From contig JAKMXF010000222.1 in NCBI GenBank assembly GCA_024704765.1, positions 62,001 to 126,000 on the forward strand: 64,000 nt of DNA. Reading direction: 5' to 3'. Under the pieces are notes generated by a model. That model did no database searches. It was not told the origin of the DNA and worked only from the letters and a program-made list of their open reading frames with translations. Within the stretch, counting starts at the first letter, position 1. Every line of letters starts with the position of its first letter. Below are positions 53,823 to 64,000 of this stretch, in pieces. The stretch comes from Oopsacas minuta (lineage: Eukaryota > Animalia > Porifera). The translations under genes and the position numbers were made by a program.

Positions 53823-56800
53823 ATGACAGAATTAACTAATTCAGAATCTCTACTGAGATATAACCACACAGAAGATTCGCCCTTCAGATCCCCTTCTCCA
53901 GATCTACAGGACCTAAGACTGAGTCCAAATAGCACCTGTGTGGACCCTAAGGAAGAAGAGCTAGAGAGTTTACTATACGCAGCTAGACACGGAGACATAC
54001 AGACTATACTCACTCTATTAGAGAGCTATTACTCAGGATCTCAGCTAAACCTCAATGCAATAAGGTTTAACCTGTTGTGACGAAAATGGTCTTCTATAAG
54101 GCTTATTAATTATTGAACCATGGATGGTGGATTTTGTTTATCTACTTGGATGTTGTTCTAGGTCATTTTGAGACACGCTCGCTTGGTTGAAGGTGGATTC
54201 TATACAAAATGAAATCTACAATCCATGGATAAATAGCTAATAAGCATGGACGTGGACCATTTCCTTCATCTCTATTATATTATAACTTTCCCATATGTTA
54301 TAGTAATAATAAGTCACATGGTTGGACTGCACTACATTGGGCAGCATACATGGGGCATGACAGTATCGTAGAGCTACTGCTAAAGAATGGGGCATCTGCT
54401 AACGTACAAAATGATCAGGGAGACACACCTCTACACAAAGCAGCATACACAAACAGATGCTCTACTGTATCTCTACTATTGAAGTATAATTGTGATGTGA
54501 GTTTTAAGAATTCGCTAGGAAATCAAGCTATTGCTCTATGTGAGAGTATAGATGTTAAGGATATGTTAAGAAGTGCTGCAGAGAGTCAAGATAAACAGAA
54601 AGAAGTTATATTCTTAGATGTAGCAAAGAGAGGAGATTTACGGCGTATACAAGAGTTGATTGATAGTCCTGATCCTCCATTTATTAACTGCCAAGATGAA
54701 GATGGTAAGATTTATCATATAGATATCTACAGTATAACATGCGTGTTTTGACGAAAACGGTCCCTTAGACATTTAACCATGGGTGGTGGGTTTCGTTTAT
54801 GTTATGTTATACAGAAATCCTCCTCCAACAAAACTAGGAGTGTCTCTGAACAATATCCAAGCAGATGAACGAAATCCACAATCCATGGTTAAATATATAA
54901 TAAGCATAATTGTATTTAATATTAGTGTAATATGAATAGGGAATACTGCTCTACACATAGCTAGCTACAGAGGACACACACACCTTATTATATACCTTAT
55001 GCATCATGGAATAAACATTCTTCTTAAAAACAACAACAATCAAACAGCTGCTGACCTAGCCAAGAACTCTAAAACACAACAATTGCTGAAAGTAGAGCCT
55101 TTACAAACTTCTATTGAATCTCTACAGACGTTTCAAGGCCCTCTCCTCAAGCGATATTTGCTGACGAAGTTTAAACTAGTCTGGGTAGTGCTTAGTAACG
55201 GATATATCGAGATATATCCTTATAAAGATGAAACGGTAATTTATGTGTCTGATACTGAACAACACCTTATATAATTCCCCGAGATTTCCAAGCCATAAAT
55301 TATAATTTTAGGATATTATTTAGGAAAAAATGAGCACTGAAATTTGCAAATAATTCTTTTGGTTTTCAAGTTTTACATCCATAAATCCATAAATAGCAAT
55401 TTTAGGCTATTATTCCGCGAGAAATGCATTATCGTATTTCCTAATAATATTATTTTTACGTAATTCATACTTTTATAGATAAATGTGACAAGAAAGAATT
55501 TGATTTCCAAAAAAGATCTGACTAACTGTCGAATAGGAGAGAGCAAGAAAGATACTCTAACCTTCAGGATAATATATGATTCTGATACAGATGACATATT
55601 TCGTATACCTAACACAATCACAACTATGAATACATCTGTCAAGTGTCAAATTACGCGAGAAATATGGCAGCAAGCGTTTAGATCACATACAGACCATTTA
55701 AATAAACGTTCCCCTGTTGTCATCATTGATCAAGCAGAATTGAATATTAACGGTAATGAAGTTAAAACAAAAGTAAATTCTCTCTCAGAAGGAATAAGAA
55801 TAGCAGAAGCGCATATGTCATTATTTCAGAAACATGTAACAGGAATTAACGAGGCTGCACAACGTATTGACACGACTATCCATCCAGTAGTATGTAAGTT
55901 AAATAAATGGACTAGGGATTGGTTTTTAATATATTTTTTAGCCGGCTTGGTACGACAACTGCATGATACGCTAACACTTGCAATGCAAACAAAGACACAA
56001 TTAACAGACTGTTTAACTAAACTACACCAACAGGAGGATATAAGTCAGTTGTTAGCTCATGAAGTTGAGAAAAACCGAATTTTAGAAGAGAGTCTTAGCA
56101 TCTTAGCCAGTGAGAATCAATCCCTCCAGCATCTATGTCGTTCAAGCTCCGTCCTAGCTACAGACAGCAGAACTCAGTTTATCTGCGGTCCCCCATACCC
56201 CGATCGTTTCTTATTGACACCCTGTGATCAGTTTGAAGATGCTCTAACTAATATAACTATTGAATCAGGCCATGGATATCAACTTGACGAGGAGTTTACT
56301 CCGCCTGAGCCTACTACTGAGATATCTCCAATGTTAGACTTAGCTATACGTAAAAATTTATTTTTAAATCCTAAATACCGTGATACGCTGCCAGCACCAG
56401 CTCCTAAAATAGATTTCAGTGTTTGGGCTGTATTAAAGAATTGTATTGGTAAAGATCTGTCTCGTATATCAATGCCAGTATTCTTGAATGAACCATTGAG
56501 TATGTTACAGCGTGTAGCAGAGAGTTTAGAATACTCAATGTTCTTCAGGAAGGTGTTAGAGTGTGAAGATCCTCTAATTAGAATACAAATGATCGCTGGG
56601 AAGCTTATATTAGGTGAGTTGTCCTTCTTATCCATAGTCATTTCGATAGAAGTAATACTCTTTTAAACGAAGTGGTCCCTGCTGTATTAAATAAATGAGA
56701 GACTATTTATCTGTTCCTTTAGCTCAGATAAGTCAAATCTACCGTTTCAAAAAGCCTTTTAACCCTGTGTTGGGAGAAACTTTCGAGTTTGTTGATGAAG

Positions 56801-57788
56801 AAAATCTGAAAGTTAAATTCATAGCTGAACAAGTGAGTCATCATCCACCTATAGGCGCGTTCAATTGTAAAGGTGAAGGGTTTGAGTCTCAGGGTACACT
56901 ACACGCTAAGGTTAGTTTCTGGGGCAAATCCGTGGAGATCAGTCCGCTAGGGGGTGTGACTATCCGACTAGACAACGGAGATGTGTATACTACGAATAAT
57001 GTCACTACAATAGTGCATAACATAATAGTAGGTAAGTTGATAATAATAAAATATAAGAAATATATTACTTTGAAACTTCCCCATGTATGGAAGTTACGCA
57101 CTGCAAACTTATAGAATCATTTACAAGGTAAAATGTGGATGGAAAAGTATGGAGTAATGGAGGTTACCAACCATACAACCAAAGATAGATGTATACTAAA
57201 TTTCAAACCAGCAGGCTGGTTCGGTAAGGATCTACATTGGGTAGATGGGTGTGTCCTAGACAGTGAGAAGAGGAGGAGGTACATTGTGCAGGGGAAGTGG
57301 CCCTATGAGTTATGGAGCTATCCAGCTGATGACATCATTGGAGAAGTGAATGGTACCTCAATTCTGAGAGGTATAAATAGGATATTGTGTGATTTAAATT
57401 TTTATTTATTACTTTATTTCTAGGTGGTGTGTTGATTTATCAATGCTCACTTGCTCCTGGTGAAGAGGAAAACTATTTCTTCTCCAAACTAGCTACGAAC
57501 CTCAATCACCTACTCCCAGAAATGGGAACTAGACTCCCTCCAACCGACTCGAGGTACAGAAGCGACATCCGGTCACTTGAAGAGGGGGACATTGACGGAG
57601 CAGGCACACACAAACACAGGATAGAGGAGAAACAGAGAGAGCAAAGAAGAGATAGAGAAGAACAAAATCAGAATTGGAAACCTCTTTGGTTTGAACAGAG
57701 AGAAAGTCCTTATACACATAAATTGGAGTGGACATTTACAGGGAAATATTGGGAGAGAAATTTTACAAATTGTCCGAAAATATTTTAA
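53823..57788 (+). CDS. OSBPL1A: ORP1L/OSBPL1A-like oxysterol-binding protein (ankyrin x3, PH, coiled coil, FFAT-like, ORD)
   Basis: GWTALHWAAYMGH, GDTPLHKAAY, GNTALHIASY; PH FQGPLLKR..FKLVWVVL; FFAT-like DQFEDA; ORD SVWAVLKNCIGKDLSRISMPV.LNEPLS.LQR, KPFNP.LGETF, EQVSHHPP, LPPTDSRYRSD. Confidence 0.93.
54079..54263. mobile_element. Foldback MITE family B in OSBPL1A intron 1
   Basis: AACCATGGATGGTGGATTT ... AAATCTACAATCCATGGATAAA with outer GACGAAAATGGT / GGACCATTT arms. Confidence 0.75.
54746..54907. mobile_element. Foldback MITE family B in OSBPL1A intron 2 (opposite orientation)
   Basis: TTTAACCATGGGTGGTGGGTTTCGTT ... AACGAAATCCACAATCCATGGTTAAA. Confidence 0.75.
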
Positions 57789-58397
57789 ACAACTTTTAAC
57801 TAGTTTTCAAGTTTTTGGTGTAAATTTGTATATTTTGAAGAACTTTACATTACAAATATTGTAACTCACAAGGGGTTATTACTTGTAGAAATTGATTGGC
57901 TTGTTGTAACAATTCAAAGAGGTAATTAATTCGAATCCTAATTCAATATTCCTAACAAATCTGGATTCAACAGTAAGTGGTTTCGTTCCCTTCATAGAAG
58001 TCGCGAGCAGGCTACCAATAACGAGAAATAAATAGCAAGTATACTACGAGTAATAGAGAATGTAATCAAACTCAATAAAATAAGATCATTAAAGTTTATC
58101 CAATGACTGTTCTAAACGGCGAATTCCACACCATCAAAATTGCTATACCCCCGTCATAGGAGATTGTTTGACGCACATTTTAACTAAATCCCCTTGTAAT
58201 TATATAAATTTAGCATCTTTTGAGTCATGCTTGAGTAGCCAAATTGATTTGATATGATATCTTGCTCGTATCTGCATTAACTTCATTACATGTGACTCAT
58301 ATAGCTTATGCCATTCTTACAGTATAATTACCTCTGTCTGCTATTCAATATAATAATTTACCTGAATTTATCCGTATTTTTAAGCCAAACAGACAAC

Positions 58398-61300
58398 ATG
58401 GTCGAAGGCAATGAAGAGGTTGCTAGATATCTAGTAACAAAACATTCTATATGGAAAGGCAAATATAAACGTATTTTATCAATCGGGAGCTTAGCAATCT
58501 GCACGCTCAGTCCACAAACTCTAGAAACTACAAATGCATGGCCTTATAATGAGATCACTAATGTACTACCATCTCCCAAAGCTAATAACGAATTTGTCTT
58601 GCATTTACGAAAAGGAAAGAAATCTGATAAAATGAATTTCTCGTGTGACCACCGGGCTGAGTTATTGACACAAGCCTTCAAATACTCGTCACTTTTCGCT
58701 GCAGAAGTGCGAAAGAATCATTCATCTTCAAAATACGAAGCATTCAAATACCACTGGTCTGAAACAAAAATCCGTTGCTATCTTACAGTCAGATCCTATG
58801 GAGTAATGCAATTAGACTATGCAACTGAAAAATGTTCAGCTACTTACGATTTCAAAGATATAGAGTGCTTAGCATTGGTGGAAGATTCTAATAAAGGGTG
58901 TGTTATACAAGCAGGTGGATTTGGACGGAAGCATTTATTCTTTGTTGATGCGTGTGAAGATTTTCTGGGTACTATTTCAGATAAATGCACTTATTTCTTA
59001 GGATTTGATCTAAAGCCGAAAAGAGAGAGAATATCAATAGCGAATTTCTCAGAAGTACGTCTTGGATCATGTTCATGTGACGAAGCTGTTACGAGTATCG
59101 CGGAATTTGTCGTATTAAAACATCACTCGCGTCATCATGAACCGATCAAACGCATTCTTTGTATATCAGAACGTTGTCTAGTAGAAAGAGACCCTTCAAC
59201 ATATGCTATTCCCACAATCCGACCTCTGAATGATATATTTGCCCTTATACGCTATACAGATGACCCTCAACTATTCACGGTTGAATACTGTAGAGGTTTA
59301 GTACGTAGATACTCTAGTACTGAGCGAGATAGCTTGCTTAGCACACTACTAGACAGCGTACGTGCTGCTGGTAATAGAGATGTGTGTGTTAAGATGTCTA
59401 GAACAAAACGAGGGTTGAGGTTAGGTCCTTTGCTAGTACCGATAGATGAAGAAGGAGAGAGTCTATGTCTTAAAACATTGTCTAACCCTGCTCCTGGTAA
59501 GTTAATACCTATTATGTACAGTCAATTCAAGTTACATCGAAGCTCAAGGGACCGCGATAATTACTTCGATAAGCGGGTATTTCGGTATATCCGTGTTCGA
59601 TATAACGTGAGTTGACTGTACTTCTAGGTATGACTTTTCAAGAGGCAATACAGCTGTTTAATTCCAACATATCCTATTCCGGTGTTATACATGCTGTAAC
59701 ACAAGAAGGATTCTTCACTGAGAACAAAGAGCGTCTCATTAATGGGGCTCTGCAGAGCTTAGTAAACAGACGGGGTGATGAACAAGGAGCTAGTAACGAG
59801 GAGCTAGAAGGACAGTTTCACGCTCTTAGAAGACTTGTAGCTTCTAGAGCTGGTTATGCAGGGTTCCTTAACGTGCTTAATTTAAGAGTGCTTATAGGTA
59901 TGACGTCATATTTATAAGAAGCCAATGTATGAAATAGTGCCATACATGTTTGTTAGATATTTAACCGTGGATTGTGGAATTCGTTCATCTGCTTGTTGCA
60001 TGTTGTTCTTATCTAGGTCATTTTGAGGCACTCCTCGCTTGGATGGAGTGGGATTTCTATATTACATAAAATTTACGAAATCGACCGAGAACAACACTCT
60101 TCAAATATTCTACTTTATCATTTTGTATATTTTTAAGGAGAAAAAGTGATAGAAGCTCTGAAGAGGAAAGATGAAGGTATAACTCATGCAGCTATGGATT
60201 TACTATGTACATTAATGCAGCCTATGCATGACAACTATGATTTGGGTCAGGAACAGCTGAATAAGAAATCTCTCCTTTCTTCTAAGTCATTTGTACAGAA
60301 ACTTCTTGATGAGTTTCAGCATCATGTTAATATTGGTGAGTATTCTCTTATAATTCGCATAATGTAAGGCCATTAACCTCCACAAACGTGACTTCTGGAA
60401 ACTAATGAACAAAAATTCCTAGTTCCATACCAATGATCCTCCATAAACGCGGAAAATTGGTAGAAACGGGGAAACTGGGTAGCATTTTTCAGCTTCACTG
60501 TTATACACACTATATATACACACATGTAGGTACTGGTGCACTAGCTGTATGCAGTATTCTGGACTTCTTAACATTCGCGATGTGTCCTCCATACTCAGAA
60601 ACAACCGAATCAGAGCAGTTTGACATGGTTCTAGAGTTAGTAGCAGCACTAGGTAGAACTGTATTCAAACTGTTTCTACACTCTAGCATGGCAATCGTAA
60701 AAGGTATTGTATTTATAAGAATTTTATTTGTAGTTATCCTAATCCATTCCTAAAATTTACGGATTCAATACTATTCTACATACTTATGCATCTTCAGGAG
60801 CTGGCCTACTCATGAAGGCGATTATTGAGGAAGCAGATGAAGAGGTTTCTAAGCGAATGCAGCTACTAGCATTAGCTGAAGGAGCTCTCTGTAAACATCT
60901 ACACACTTCTCTATTCACATATTCTACAGATAACAGAATGCTGACTCATAGACAGCTGAGTAGACATTTGGTAGCTTTATGGATACAGAATAATGAAGTA
61001 GCTATGGAGCTATTGAGGAGTATACTGCCTATTGGAATGCTGGATTTCTTAGAGTGTAAAGACGAGGTAAGTCAACTACCGTTATATAGAACACGGATAC
61101 AGTGAAAGTAATTATCGCGGGCTCTTGAGCTTTGATATAACAGGATTTGACTGCATAATTATTTTTACATTATTCCATCAAGGTCCCTGTGCGTGAAGAA
61201 GATAGAATGCACATTAGAGACAATGTACACGCTATACAGACTCTAAGCAAGAGAAGACTTAATCTAATCGAGGGTACTCTCTTACACTGGCGTAACAGAC

Positions 61301-64000
61301 TCAAATCTAAACCGGGGGATTCTCAAAGACCTGTGACCCTTCGTAGAAGACGACAAGTCCTTAAAACTGAGCTAAATTGGGATTATTTCTACTACCAGTT
61401 TATGGAAGATCACCAGAAAGCTAGCTTAATATGGAATCATAAGACAAGGGAAGAATTGAAGGATTCACTTGAAAACGAGCTCAGATCCTTTACAATTGAT
61501 AAAGACTTGATATCTGGTGCTGATATAACGAGCTGGAATTTTATTGAATTTGAAGTTCGTTACGAATGTCTTGCTGACGAGATAAAGATTGGAGATTATT
61601 ATTTGCGGTTGTTGTTAGATGAAGGAACTACAACTGCGAAAATACACAATCCTATGCAGTTTTTTAACGATATTTATCACAGATTTTTGTTGACTCAAAA
61701 ACCTAATATGCGTGGCATGTGTTTACAAGCAATGAGTATTGTTTATGAGAAATATTTTGAAGAAGTTGGTCCATTTAATGACGTCAGATTTCTGGTACGT
61801 ATTCTGGAGCATACGAAAGATAAGTTGGAAAGAGATAGACTACTGTTATTCTTTGATAAACTATTTCTAGTTAAACGCAATGTTAAAGAATTTGTCGATG
61901 GAAGTGAGTTCAAATTGACAATTATATATTAACCATGGATGGTGGATTTTGTTTATCTGCTTGGATGTTGTTTGAGTCATTTTGAGGCACTCCTCGACTG
62001 GTTGGAATTAGAATATTTATATGACATAAATAAAAGAAATCCACCATCCATGGTTAAATATCTAATAAGCATTTAGGGGACCATTTGGGTCAAAAACCGC
62101 GTTTCATCACAACTATTTTAGGTGGTTTAAAGGTATTACTTGATTTCGTCACTCTTGCCCATCTACACACAAGCAGAGCTCAGACCCCCATGCAATCCAA
62201 CTTACTAGAAGCCCCTCAAGGTATAGAATATGATATAGAGAGGGAATGGTATTACGGGAATAAGGATAAGGAAAGACTCGGTCCGTTCTCTTTCAAGGAA
62301 ATAAAAGAATTCTGGAATGAACAGGAAATAAACGAAACGACACGTTGTTGGGCTCAAGGGCTAGATGGCTGGAAACCATTGAGAGAAGTAGCACAGCTAA
62401 AATGGTGCTTATTTGCGACTGGAAACGCCCTAATGAATGAAACTGAACTAGCAACACTCGTACTAGGTAAGAAATACATGACCATATATGGTAATATCCC
62501 TTATATTATACTGATTATCTTCTTATAGGTATTTTTATTAAAATCGTAGAGTATTATCCTAGTAGAGATGTAGATAACGCTATCATACGGCCTCTACCTA
62601 AATGCAAGAGAGCCCTCAGTGATCCAAGTTATCTACCTCATATTGTACAGCTACTGGTCACGTTTGATCCTGGATTAGTTGATAAAACAGTCCGTCTACT
62701 CAATTTAGTCATGGAAGACAATCCGCAATTGCCTCGTATATTCATGACAGGTGCGTTCTTCTTCATAATGATGTACACAGGCTCTAATATTCTTCCAATT
62801 GGAAGGTTCCTAAAGTATACCCACATGAGACAGAGCTTTAGACCAGAAGAAATAACGCAAAATTCTAGTGATATAATGATACAGTCAGTGCTAGGACAAC
62901 TTCTCCCTGAAGCAATGGTGTGTTATCTAGAGAACCATGGACCAGAGAAATTCGCAGAAACATTTCTCGGCGATTTTGACACCCCTGAGGCCATATGGAG
63001 TCATGAAATGAGACGTTTGTTGATTGAGAGAATAGCCGCACATATCGGAGACTTCAGTCCCAGGCTCCGATCTAACACACGCTCTCTCTACCAATACTGT
63101 TCTATTCCAGTAATACAGTATCCACAATTAGAGAACGAGTTATTCTGTAACATATACTACCTCAGACATCTGTGTAACACAGATAAGTTCCCTGACTGGC
63201 CAATTAAAGAACCAATTAAATTGTTAAAGAATGTTCTAGAAGAATGGAAACGTGAAGTGGACAAGAAACCTCCAAGTATTACTTGGGAAGAAGCGTACAG
63301 AATATTGAATCTACGAACTGATAAAGGCCAACAAGATCAAGCTACAATCCGTAAGGCATATTTTAGAATGGCTCAGAAATATCATCCAGATAAAAACCCG
63401 AATGGAAGACAAGTATTCGATGAAGTTAACAAATCATATGAATTTCTATGTTCAGTACACGTGAACTCTACAGTCGGCCCTGATCCCATTAGAATAGTAT
63501 TACTACTCCAGACACAGTCTATTCTATTCAAAAGATACTCTGATACTTTACATCCTTATAAATACGCCGGATATCCTATGTTGATTAAAACCATCTCATT
63601 TGAGAACGATGATTCAAGTCTGTTTAAGAAGACTACTCCTTTATTGCCTGCTGCCGCAGAACTATGCTATCACACTATTAATAATTCTGCATTGAATGTT
63701 GAGGAGTTGAGACGTGAAAATGGCTTGGAACATTTACAGAATTCGTTTGACAGATGTCTAGATATTCTCAGTTTTGCTACAGTAGATACTGATACTCCTG
63801 CTATTATTCTAGGACATGTTCTAAAGTGTTATTCTGTAGCTGTTTGTTTTGAAGGGTGTCGTGAGAAAATATACGAAATGCCGGGGGTAATTCGCGGAAT
63901 TTGTCGCACTCTCTACTACAAGAATACTCAACAGCTGTGTATGGTAGCAGCTGATTGTGTGTGTGCATTTGCTCAAGACACAAAACTACAAACTTGCCTT
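58398..64000 (+). CDS. DNAJC13: DNAJC13/RME-8 endosomal co-chaperone, 3' end beyond the window
   Basis: N-terminus [26 protein letters not shown]; [15 protein letters not shown]; GYF-like WYYG...[22 protein letters not shown]; J-domain [18 protein letters not shown]. Confidence 0.96.
59519..59618. mobile_element. MITE family A, full-length (100 bp), filling most of a DNAJC13 intron
   Basis: TA|CAGTCAATTCAAGTTACATCGAA ... TTCGATATAACGTGAGTTGACTG|TA; only 7 nt lie between the right TSD and the end of the 3' AG. Confidence 0.85.
59945..60075. mobile_element. Foldback MITE family B, one arm degraded, DNAJC13 intron
   Basis: TTAGATATTTAACCGTGGATTGTGGAATTCGTTCATCTGCTTG...GTCATTTTGAGGCACTCCTCGCTTGG. 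Confidence 0.7.
61070..61153. mobile_element. MITE family A overlapping a DNAJC13 5' splice site
   Basis: G-TA-AGTCAACTACCGTTATAT ... TTTGATATAACAGGATTTGACTG. Confidence 0.75.
61929..62096. mobile_element. Foldback MITE family B, best-preserved copy, DNAJC13 intron
   Basis: TTAACCATGGATGGTGGATTT ... AAATCCACCATCCATGGTTAA (perfect 21-bp inverted repeat) plus the outer arm ATATCTAATAAGCATTTAGGGGACCATTTGGGTCAAAA. Confidence 0.8.

Noticed and set aside
58308-58397. Upstream Met extension of DNAJC13 (MPFLQYNYL..)
   Set aside because: Homology begins at MVEGNEE (58398); the extension is AT-rich and may be UTR or intron.
61929-62057. piggyBac assignment for family B (TTAA|CC...GG|TTAA)
   Set aside because: Homology between copies extends beyond the TTAA (ATGCTTATTAGATAT and GACxAAAATGGTCCCT arms), so TTAA is probably inside the inverted repeat rather than a TSD.
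1-64000. rRNA, tRNA, CRISPR arrays, operon or prophage features, autonomous transposases
   Set aside because: None recognised. The repeats are dispersed TIR elements or coding repeats, not spacer arrays, and no transposase or reverse-transcriptase ORF was seen.

Overview
Eukaryotic, AT-rich and very gene-dense animal genomic DNA. Introns are GT-AG and often about 50-60 nt, and intergenic gaps are often under 400 bp. The gene content (FMR1, SHOC2, KIF13, Churchill, Ig/FN3 receptor, INTS12) is metazoan. The compactness suggests a non-bilaterian such as a glass sponge, but that is inference only. I can support about 20 protein-coding loci: bHLH TF (truncated by the window), cornichon, Ig/FN3 receptor, two tandem 14-3-3 genes, a DEAD-box helicase, an NHL-repeat protein, Churchill (absent from the ORF track, rebuilt from 4 exons), a double-B-box + atypical homeodomain protein, SMG5, SHOC2, KIF13 plus a chimeric partial duplicate, a RasGEF, a divergent PIGZ, a calmodulin-like protein, an NCBP2-AS2-type microprotein, FMR1/FXR, INTS12-like, PTRH2, ORP1L/OSBPL1A and DNAJC13/RME-8 (truncated). 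At least six families of short non-autonomous DNA elements (MITEs) occur, mostly inside introns. The most notable observations are: (1) a protein joining two B-boxes to a homeodomain that aligns with the plant ZF-HD class; (2) a 4.5-kb tandem duplication with a 4-bp microhomology junction that builds a motor-less, FHA-less KIF13-tail chimera; (3) a probable 6.6-kb RasGEF intron holding four complete genes; (4) five tandem copies of the PP1-docking GVxF motif in SHOC2; (5) a PHD-less INTS12 and a PIGZ lacking its conserved acidic motif. I saw no rRNA, tRNA or CRISPR array. All family calls are by motif recognition, not database search, and all exon models are manual.
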